Source: Bacteroidales bacterium
GTDB taxonomy: Bacteria; Bacteroidota; Bacteroidia; Bacteroidales; UBA932
Assembly (NCBI GenBank): GCA_028690215.1
Contig: JAQVBQ010000007.1
Location: forward strand, 13,232 to 77,231
Direction of reading: 5' to 3'
DNA: 64,000 bases
This document shows positions 9,650 to 17,852 of this stretch, in pieces. Under the pieces are notes generated by a model, which made no database searches, was not told where the DNA came from, and worked only from the letters and a program-made list of their open reading frames with translations. Positions within the stretch are counted from its first letter, which is position 1. Every line of letters starts with the position of its first letter. The position numbers and the translations under genes are program-made.

Positions 9650-10735
9650 ATGAACAAAAAAGCAATATTTCTCCTGTCAATGCTAATAATCGCTGCCTGT
9701 TCCGGCAACAAGAGCAAGGAAGATGAGTCTGTAACGGATAAGGCTGACTATGTTTCAGAAAAAAACTTGGTGGACACAATGGTCCTGAAGAGGGTTAATT
9801 TCGACAAGCAGATAATCAGCAACGGAAAGCTAAAGGCAATCACAAAGAGTGACCTTAAATTCCTGACATCAGGTACAATATCTGAAATTCTGGTAAAAAA
9901 CGGCGAAAGCATTAAGGCCGGCACAGCCATAGCCCGTCTGGACCAAAAGGATGCAAAGTATAAGCTTGAGCAGGCCAGACTCTCAATGTCAAAGGCCGAA
10001 CTTGAGTTTTATGACCAACTGATAGGTTACGGCTACTCTAAGGATACCTCGGCTGTTCCGTCTGATTTGCTGAAAACCATCAAGATCCGTTCAGGTTATA
10101 CTTCTGCTAAGGGCGATCTCAAACAGGCCGAAGAGGCCCTTAGAAACACAACACTATACGCCCCATTTTCCGGCAAGGTTGCAAATCTAACAGCGAAACC
10201 GCACGAAGCCTTTTCTGACATAGTATGTACACTTATTGACGACACAAGATTTGAAGTGGAGTTCGGACTTCTTGAGTCTGAGGTTCCCTTTGTCAAAGTG
10301 GGAAGCAGCATAAAAATCAGCACTTACTCAGATCCTGAAAAGTTTTATTCCGGCTCTGTTACTCAGATAAACCCGCTTGTGAACGAAAAGGGGCAGATAA
10401 AGGTCCTGGCAATGGTAAACAACAGCTCCGGTAAGCTAATAGAGGGGATGAACACAAAGGTCATTGTCGAGGATATTATTCGGGGAAAGCTTGTGGTACC
10501 AAAGAGTGCGGTTGTAATGAGGGACGACTTTGACGTTCTGTTCAGGCTTGATAAAAAGACAAACAAAGCCATGTGGACATATGTGACAGTAGAGATATCC
10601 AACACTGAATCACATGCCGTAACAGCAAATATGGACAAGAATGCGGAGCTTAACGAGGGAGATATCATCATCACCTCCGGAAACCTTAATCTGGCAGACG
10701 GTTCAAATGTGCAAATAAAGAAACAAAAGAGGTAG
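9650..10735 (+). CDS. RND periplasmic adaptor (membrane fusion) lipoprotein
   Basis: AAC lipobox, lipoyl-half motifs SGTISEILVKNG and LYAPFSGKV, plus VPKSAV. Confidence 0.9.
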   Translation: MNKKAIFLLSMLIIAACSGNKSKEDESVTDKADYVSEKNLVDTMVLKRVNFDKQIISNGKLKAITKSDLKFLTSGTISEILVKNGESIKAGTAIARLDQKDAKYKLEQARLSMSKAELEFYDQLIGYGYSKDTSAVPSDLLKTIKIRSGYTSAKGDLKQAEEALRNTTLYAPFSGKVANLTAKPHEAFSDIVCTLIDDTRFEVEFGLLESEVPFVKVGSSIKISTYSDPEKFYSGSVTQINPLVNEKGQIKVLAMVNNSSGKLIEGMNTKVIVEDIIRGKLVVPKSAVVMRDDFDVLFRLDKKTNKAMWTYVTVEISNTESHAVTANMDKNAELNEGDIIITSGNLNLADGSNVQIKKQKR

Positions 10736-10738
10736 GTT

Positions 10739-13700
10739 ATGATTGGCAAACTCATTGAGCGCCCCATAGCAGTGACCATGTCGATAATAGCTGTTGTCGT
10801 ACTGGGTTTGGTTGCCGTATCAATGCTTCCCGTGTCACTGATGCCGGACGTTGAGATTCCACAGGTGACAGTTCAGATAAGCGCCCCGGGATACTCTGCC
10901 CGTGAAGTTGACAAGACAATTGTCAAATCACTGAGTTCTCAACTGATGCAGACACAGCATCTTAAAGAGCTACGTTGTGAGTCCAAAGACAATGGGGCAG
11001 ATATTTTCATGGAGTTCGACCACGGCACCGATATTGACTTTACATTTATCGAAGTAAATGAAAAGGTAGACAAGGCAATATCATCCATGCCGAAGGAGAT
11101 TGAACGCCCTAAGGTTATCAAAGCAAATGCGACCGATATTCCGGCCTTCTTTATCAACATGACTGCCAGTGAAGACTATTCTGAAAAGTTTCTTGAGCTA
11201 AGCCGTTTTGCCTCTGAGGTGATCTCCAAAAGGCTGGAACAGGTTCCCGAAATTGCACTGGTCGATATTAGTGGGCTTTCCCTGCCTGAAATAATAGTTA
11301 CTCCGAAAAATGAGAAGATGCGCGCGCTCGGAATTATGGAGAAAAGTCTGAAGAATGCTATTGAAAACAGCAATCTACAATTGGGAAACCTCTCTATAAA
11401 AGACGGGCATTACAGATGGGACATCCGTTTTATCTCTGAAATACGGACCCGTGAGGAGATTGAAAATATTGTGCTTAATATAGACGGCAGGATATACAAA
11501 TTCAAAGACCTTGCTACAGTTACCGAGCAGGCAAAAGAGGTGCGGGGACTGGTAAGAAGCGATGGGAAAAGAGCCATTTCACTTGCCATAATCAAACAGT
11601 CGGATGCCAAGATGGATGACCTGAAAAAGGCCATTAATAAATCATTGACCGAGTTTGAGAAGGAGTATCCTGGTATAGAGTTTAAGGTTACAAGAGATCA
11701 GACAGAACTTCTGTCATATTCAATAGGAAATCTTAAGAACAACCTTATTATAGGAGCGATACTCGCCTGTATCGTACTATTTCTCTTTATGAAAGATTTC
11801 CGCTCCCCATGGCTTGTTACCATAACAATACCTCTTTCATTGATAGTGGCTTTACTTTTTTTCTTTCTGGTTGGAATCTCCATCAATATAATATCACTTT
11901 CAGGATTGATTCTCGGTATCGGTATGATGGTGGACAATTCGATAGTTGTTATAGACAATATAACGCAACTGAGGGAAAGGGGATTCACTCTGAAGGAGGC
12001 GGTTGTCAAGGGTGTAAATGAGGTCTTCTCCGCTATGTTGAGCTCTGTCCTGACAACCTGTTCTGTGTTCATACCATTGGTCTTTCTGAGTGGTATAGCC
12101 GGAGCTCTTTTTTACGACCAGGCTCTCGGAGTATCAATAGGGTTGCTCTCCTCTCTGTTGGTTGCTGTTCTTGTGATACCCGTATATTACTATCAATTAT
12201 ACAAGAAAAGGGGAGAGTCAAAAGAGAACAAGATTCTGGGCAAATTACGACTGATAGACATTGTTGCCCTTTATGAGAAGGGGCTTAAATGGACATTCCG
12301 ACATCAGAGAATCGCCTGGATTTTATTCCTCTTAACAATACCCGGCGCATATGTGATATACAATGTGATTGACAAGTCCAAGCTTCCTCCAGTCACTCAC
12401 GACGACATAATGGTCTCTATAGACTGGAATTTTCCGATAACAACAGAGGAGAGCGACAGGAGAACACTTGAGGTTCTTAAAGCTGCCGGAAATAATGTTG
12501 TTCAGAGCAGCGCTTTTGTGGGAAATCAGCAATTCCTGCTCTCACATACACCTGATCTTGGACAGTCCGAGGCACTGCTTTACCTGAAGGCGGACAAGCC
12601 TTCAAGTCTTCCGGATATTGAAAAAAGGGTTGCAGATTTGCTAAAAGAGAGATACCCTGATGCAGCATATAGGTTGTCCCAGACAGATAATATTTTTAAT
12701 TTGGTCTTCTCCGATAAGGATTACAATCTTACAGCAAGGATCATGGCCAAAGAGGGAGGTGCCCCCGACCCGGATAAGCTGAATAATTTCCTTTCAAAGA
12801 TTTCTGATACGCTGCCTTCTCTCTATATGGAGCCGGTGCTTTGGCAGGAGCAGATAATGTTTGTGGCAGATCCGGAGATGTTGTCAATATACAAGATATC
12901 ATACAGCGATGTTTATAATGCCCTGAAGACTGCAACAATGGAGAACACTGTTTTTGCGATAAATGAGGGCAGCTACTCTGTACCGGTAACTGTAGGAGAG
13001 GCTTCAGACCCTACTACAGATCTGCTTATGACAACCGTAATAAACGAAGACGGAATCGAGATCCCTCTCTCGGTAGTGACGCACGAGACCCGCATAAGAG
13101 ACCTAAAAAGTATTATCTCCGGGACACTGGGTGACTACTATCCGCTGAATCTCACGATTCCGGACAAGGATGTAAAAGAGTCCATGAGTACAATAAAAAG
13201 TATTGCAAACAGAGATAAGGATTTCGATGTAACATTCTCCGGCAGCTACTTCTCGAACAGGGAGATGATAGGTGAATTGGCTATAATTCTAACAGTCGCT
13301 CTTCTTTTGCTCTTCTTCATACTGGCGGCTCAATTCGAATCTCTGATACAACCACTCATAATACTCTCCGAAATTGTAGTAGATGTATTTGCAGCAATGC
13401 TACTACTCTGGGCATGCGGATCCGGCATAAACCTTATGTCAATGATCGGGCTGGTTGTCATGGCCGGTATTATTATAAACGACTCCATACTCAAGGTTGA
13501 CACAATCAACCGTTTGAGGAAGGGTGGTTACTCTCTTCTGAGGGCGATTATGACAGGCGGTTCAAGAAGGCTAAAACCAATAATAATGACAAGTTTGACT
13601 ACAGTTTTGGCAATTGCTCCATTCCTGGTTCGCGGAGATATAGGATCTGACCTTCAATACCCACTCTCTCTCGCACTTATAGGAGGAATGGTTATGGGAA

Positions 13701-13765
13701 CCATTGTCAGCGTCTTCTTCATCCCCGTTTTCTATTACAACATTTATAACAAGCGTAAAGGATGA
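10739..13765 (+). CDS. RND efflux permease subunit A
   Basis: 1008 aa; IERPIAVTM, LPVSLMP, TM4 GMMVDNSIVV, AAQFES, RRLKPIIMTSLTT. Confidence 0.93.
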   Translation: MIGKLIERPIAVTMSIIAVVVLGLVAVSMLPVSLMPDVEIPQVTVQISAPGYSAREVDKTIVKSLSSQLMQTQHLKELRCESKDNGADIFMEFDHGTDIDFTFIEVNEKVDKAISSMPKEIERPKVIKANATDIPAFFINMTASEDYSEKFLELSRFASEVISKRLEQVPEIALVDISGLSLPEIIVTPKNEKMRALGIMEKSLKNAIENSNLQLGNLSIKDGHYRWDIRFISEIRTREEIENIVLNIDGRIYKFKDLATVTEQAKEVRGLVRSDGKRAISLAIIKQSDAKMDDLKKAINKSLTEFEKEYPGIEFKVTRDQTELLSYSIGNLKNNLIIGAILACIVLFLFMKDFRSPWLVTITIPLSLIVALLFFFLVGISINIISLSGLILGIGMMVDNSIVVIDNITQLRERGFTLKEAVVKGVNEVFSAMLSSVLTTCSVFIPLVFLSGIAGALFYDQALGVSIGLLSSLLVAVLVIPVYYYQLYKKRGESKENKILGKLRLIDIVALYEKGLKWTFRHQRIAWILFLLTIPGAYVIYNVIDKSKLPPVTHDDIMVSIDWNFPITTEESDRRTLEVLKAAGNNVVQSSAFVGNQQFLLSHTPDLGQSEALLYLKADKPSSLPDIEKRVADLLKERYPDAAYRLSQTDNIFNLVFSDKDYNLTARIMAKEGGAPDPDKLNNFLSKISDTLPSLYMEPVLWQEQIMFVADPEMLSIYKISYSDVYNALKTATMENTVFAINEGSYSVPVTVGEASDPTTDLLMTTVINEDGIEIPLSVVTHETRIRDLKSIISGTLGDYYPLNLTIPDKDVKESMSTIKSIANRDKDFDVTFSGSYFSNREMIGELAIILTVALLLLFFILAAQFESLIQPLIILSEIVVDVFAAMLLLWACGSGINLMSMIGLVVMAGIIINDSILKVDTINRLRKGGYSLLRAIMTGGSRRLKPIIMTSLTTVLAIAPFLVRGDIGSDLQYPLSLALIGGMVMGTIVSVFFIPVFYYNIYNKRKG

Positions 13766-16700
13766 AAATCTCCTCATTCTCTGTGATTCTTGTGTTTGTT
13801 GTTCTTGTGATAGTCGGAGCAGGGATAACACCTTTGCTGAGCATTCAGTACACTCCCACTTACGAGCAGAAGGACATATCTATCAGCTACAATTGGCAGG
13901 GAGCATCAGCAAGGGTTATTGAGTCTAAGGTTACCTCAAAGTTGGAGGGGGTGATCTCTGCAATATCCGGCATCAAGGAGGTGAGCTCTATTTCCGGCAA
14001 GGAGAGAGGAAGTATCTCAATAACTTTGAAGCCAAAGACAGATATAAATGCTATCCGTTTTGAAATAGCATCACAGATAAGGAGAATATATCCAAAACTT
14101 CCGGAAGGGGTAAGTTATCCACAGTTTTCCGCCTCATATAACGGAGAAAACACAAGCACCATCCTTTTTTACACTATAAATGCCGGAATACCGACCAATC
14201 AGATTGAAGAGTACGCCAATGAACATATTGTAAAGCAGTTGTCGCTGATTGACGGAATTGCAGAAGCAAACCTCTACGGGGCAACCCCATATTTCATAGA
14301 GGTCTCGTTTAATCCTGACTATTTGAGAAAAATAGGCGTGTCTCCCGAAGATATAACAGATGCGATAAGCACATACGCCGGCTCAGACGATGTAATAGGT
14401 AGTATAGAAAGTAAGGCAATAATACTTACCACCTCTTCAAAAGGGAGTAATTTTGGTCAAATACCGGTAAAAAATGTAGACGACCGCATTATAAGGTTAG
14501 ATGATATTACCCACACTGTTTACAAGGAGAGAGAGCCCTCCGTCTACAATCGCATAAACGGATTGAATACAATTAACCTCTCAATTGTACCAGAAAAGGG
14601 GGTAAACACCATAGACCTCTGCAATAGTGTGAAGACCAGGATGAAAGAGCTCGAAAAAGAGTTTCCGGATAAATTCTCAGCGACTCTCTCATACGATGTT
14701 TCGGTGGATCTCAAAGTGGAGTTGAACAAAATATTAAGAAGGACTATCCTCTCTTTTCTTTTTCTGCTGGCATTTGTTTTCTTGGCAACAAGGAGCCTCC
14801 GATATCTCTCAATCATCATTATCACACTCATTGCAAACATATTCATTGCATTTATATTCTACTATCTGTTCAAACTCCAGATACACATTTACTCGCTTGC
14901 CGGCATAACGGTCTCACTGGGAATGATTATAGACTCCAGCATTATTATGATCTCCCACTACGGCTATTTCCGGGATAGAAAGGCATTCATAGCGATTCTG
15001 GGAGCACTTCTTACCACAATCGGTGCGCTGATAGTCATCTTCTTCCTGCCGGAAAAAGACAGAGTCAACTTAGTAGAATTCTCGGCAGTAATAATAATAA
15101 ACCTCACAGTCTCGCTGATCATATCATTGATGCTAGTACCGGCACTGGTGGACAAGCTCCCTGTCGGCGGGGTCAGATCATCCCAAAATATAGCCTCATT
15201 AAGACGAACCGTAAGGTTCAACAACCTTTATAAACGATATATATCATTCGGCAGTGGTCACAGGTGGATCTTCATACTGCTGCTGATATTTGGATTCGGC
15301 CTCCCTATACACTATCTTCCTTCGAAAATTGAAAAGGAGGAGAGTTTTTTTGATAAAGCCTACAACAAGACAATCGGTAGCTCTTTCTATCAAAATGATT
15401 TAAAAAATATTGCAGAGAAGGTCTTCGGAGGAACGTTGCGTCTTTTCTCACAAAATGTCAAGACTTACGGCTATGGAAGGGAACCTGCAAAAAAAGCCAT
15501 ATACATACAAGCCGGCTTGCCGGACGGGTGCACGACCAAACAGTTGAACGACATTGTGGTGAACATGGAAAACTTTCTCACACAGTTTCCTCAGATAAAG
15601 ATGTTCAATACGACTATAAGCTCATATAAGAATGCCTCAATAGAGGTCACTTTCAAGAAAGAGTATGAGAATAGTGAATTTCCTATGTTCCTGAAACAAG
15701 AGGTAATAGCTAAGGCAATTGATTTTGGTGGAGCTACCTGGGATGTACGCGGGATTGACGATAACGGATTCAACAACTATGTGGGCTCCGGCTCATACAA
15801 GTCAAACAACATTGTTATAACAGGATATAATTATGATCAGCTTTACTCATACTGCCTCAACTCTGTCAAAAGCCTTTCGGAAAACCAAAGAGTAAGTGAG
15901 CCTGAAATAAGCGGAAGTAAGCTTTATGGCGAGAGGATAGCCAGAAACGAGTATTTCATAGATTATAACTACAACACTATGGCTGTTCTCGGAATGACCC
16001 CGGCTGATGTATATATGGCCCTGCAAGACCAACTTTTCAGTCAAGGCACGGCTTCGCTGGATGTGGGAGACGAAAAGGTTCCGATTAAAGTTGTCTCATC
16101 AAACTTAAATAAATTTGATGTGTGGAATCTCTATAATGAGCACCTTTCAATAGGAAATGAAAAGGATGTAAAATTCTCTGAGATTGGTAAGATAGAGATG
16201 AGAAAGAGTGGCAACGACATTTACAAGGAGAATCAGCAATATCGGCTCGTTGTAGCATACGATTTTATCGGGTCTTCCGAGCTTGCCTCAAGAGTAAAGA
16301 AGAGAGAGATAAAGAGATTGAACGAAGAGGTGTTGCCTATCGGTTACAAAGCGGAAACTGAGGATTATGAATGGGATTTTTCTAAAAGTAAACTCTTCCT
16401 TCTTCTGTTTTTAGTAATTGGAATAATATACTTCATCTGCTCCATGCTTTTTGAGTCTCTCTTACAACCACTCCTGATAATACTGATGATTCCTCTCTCC
16501 TTGATAGGACTTTTCCTCACATTCTATTTTACAGGATTCACTTTCGACCAGGGAGGGTTTGCTGCCATGATTATGCTATGCGGAATATCTGTAAATGCCG
16601 GAATATATATCGTTAACCAGTATAATATACTCAAAAGGCCCACAGGTGCGGCTTTTGTCAAAGCACGCAATCCTATGGACCTTTATGTGAAAGCCTATAA

Positions 16701-16878
16701 CTACAAGATCATCCCTATACTGCTGACCATTATCTCTACTGTCCTCGGTCTGCTGCCATTCCTCTTTGACGGAAAAGACGAGCAGTTCTGGTTTTCATTT
16801 GCTGTAGGAACAATGGGAGGATTGATCTTCTCTATTATCGGCATTGTTTTCTTCCTGCCTGTGTGGAAAAAGATATAA
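13762..16878 (+). CDS. RND efflux permease subunit B (divergent)
   Basis: 1038 aa with RND topology (LEGVISAISGI, TM4 GMIIDSSII, LFESLLQP, PILLTIIST). Overlaps subunit A by ATGA. Confidence 0.88.
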   Translation: MKISSFSVILVFVVLVIVGAGITPLLSIQYTPTYEQKDISISYNWQGASARVIESKVTSKLEGVISAISGIKEVSSISGKERGSISITLKPKTDINAIRFEIASQIRRIYPKLPEGVSYPQFSASYNGENTSTILFYTINAGIPTNQIEEYANEHIVKQLSLIDGIAEANLYGATPYFIEVSFNPDYLRKIGVSPEDITDAISTYAGSDDVIGSIESKAIILTTSSKGSNFGQIPVKNVDDRIIRLDDITHTVYKEREPSVYNRINGLNTINLSIVPEKGVNTIDLCNSVKTRMKELEKEFPDKFSATLSYDVSVDLKVELNKILRRTILSFLFLLAFVFLATRSLRYLSIIIITLIANIFIAFIFYYLFKLQIHIYSLAGITVSLGMIIDSSIIMISHYGYFRDRKAFIAILGALLTTIGALIVIFFLPEKDRVNLVEFSAVIIINLTVSLIISLMLVPALVDKLPVGGVRSSQNIASLRRTVRFNNLYKRYISFGSGHRWIFILLLIFGFGLPIHYLPSKIEKEESFFDKAYNKTIGSSFYQNDLKNIAEKVFGGTLRLFSQNVKTYGYGREPAKKAIYIQAGLPDGCTTKQLNDIVVNMENFLTQFPQIKMFNTTISSYKNASIEVTFKKEYENSEFPMFLKQEVIAKAIDFGGATWDVRGIDDNGFNNYVGSGSYKSNNIVITGYNYDQLYSYCLNSVKSLSENQRVSEPEISGSKLYGERIARNEYFIDYNYNTMAVLGMTPADVYMALQDQLFSQGTASLDVGDEKVPIKVVSSNLNKFDVWNLYNEHLSIGNEKDVKFSEIGKIEMRKSGNDIYKENQQYRLVVAYDFIGSSELASRVKKREIKRLNEEVLPIGYKAETEDYEWDFSKSKLFLLLFLVIGIIYFICSMLFESLLQPLLIILMIPLSLIGLFLTFYFTGFTFDQGGFAAMIMLCGISVNAGIYIVNQYNILKRPTGAAFVKARNPMDLYVKAYNYKIIPILLTIISTVLGLLPFLFDGKDEQFWFSFAVGTMGGLIFSIIGIVFFLPVWKKI

Positions 16879-16883
16879 TCAAA

Positions 16884-17357
16884 CTACTTTTTACACTTTT
16901 CAATATAGCTGATCATTTTTTTAGCTTGTGCTCCTGTAAAGCTTATCATCTTTGAATACTCCTCGTATTTGTGAGGTATAAATTCAAAAAGCTGAAAAGC
17001 AGCAAATTGTTTATCGGCAGAAAAGATATAATCTATTCTTGCACTACCTGTTGGGGCAAATTTTACTACTCTCGCCTCCTCTTGTTCTTTGCCTTCCAGT
17101 AAAGAGAGTAAAAATGGCAGATCTTCCTTGTCCAGATAGATTGATTCTGTTTTCACAAAACTACCTGAAGGTTTATAAACATTGGTCTTGGATTTTAGAA
17201 AAAACAGAAGTACGGCTATGATAAGCAAAATGCTTGCGATGCCGAACCATGAGAGGACGAGTGATACAATTCCACCAACTGCAATGACAGCTGTTATAAT
17301 AAGACTCTTTGAGTCAAAAACCTTTACAATTTCCGGATGTGTTATATTTGTGTTCAT
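16884..17357 (-). CDS. Hypothetical membrane protein (two N-terminal TM helices plus a soluble domain)
   Basis: 157-aa ORF with a hydrophobic hairpin at about aa 19-54. Confidence 0.75.
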   Translation of the reverse strand: MNTNITHPEIVKVFDSKSLIITAVIAVGGIVSLVLSWFGIASILLIIAVLLFFLKSKTNVYKPSGSFVKTESIYLDKEDLPFLLSLLEGKEQEEARVVKFAPTGSARIDYIFSADKQFAAFQLFEFIPHKYEEYSKMISFTGAQAKKMISYIEKCKK

Positions 17358-17450
17358 AATATGTGTTTTTTTGAATTATTGTTTTTTAAATGCATAGGCA
17401 ATCCCTGCCCCGCTAAAACGAGACAGCAGACTTAAAATCCAATAAAAACA

Positions 17451-17852
17451 CTAAATGACTATCTTCCGCAGACCATAAATGAAAAACGAGCAGGCAGGAG
17501 TATAAATTGAATTGATTAACTCAAGAAACTGCTGTTCTATCCTGCCATTAAACTTGCCTATATGTCGCTCTCTGAAGAGAGAGTATCCAAGAACCTTCTG
17601 ATGAAAGTTTGCAGTACATGGATTTGCTGCGAAACCAACCGGAGAAGTTACCACAGGAGCTGTTGTCTCTGAAAGGAGCTGTCGCACTCCGGATTGACCG
17701 ATAACAGGAGAATAAGTACAAATTGTTTCCTGAACAGGGCTTGCAGGCATGGCATTCATTATACTCTTCCTCTCAAGTGTTGCCATTGTGAGAAAAAGTA
17801 TCAGGCTCAGTAACCCGAATACACTTAAATATTCCCTTATTGCCCTTATCAT
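17451..17852 (-). CDS. Hypothetical protein with signal/TM N-terminus and C-terminal FFIYGLRKIVI
   Basis: 133-aa ORF overlapping the YfhO stop (ATGA) and followed by a GC hairpin at 17405-17426. Confidence 0.6.
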   Translation of the reverse strand: MIRAIREYLSVFGLLSLILFLTMATLERKSIMNAMPASPVQETICTYSPVIGQSGVRQLLSETTAPVVTSPVGFAANPCTANFHQKVLGYSLFRERHIGKFNGRIEQQFLELINSIYTPACSFFIYGLRKIVI

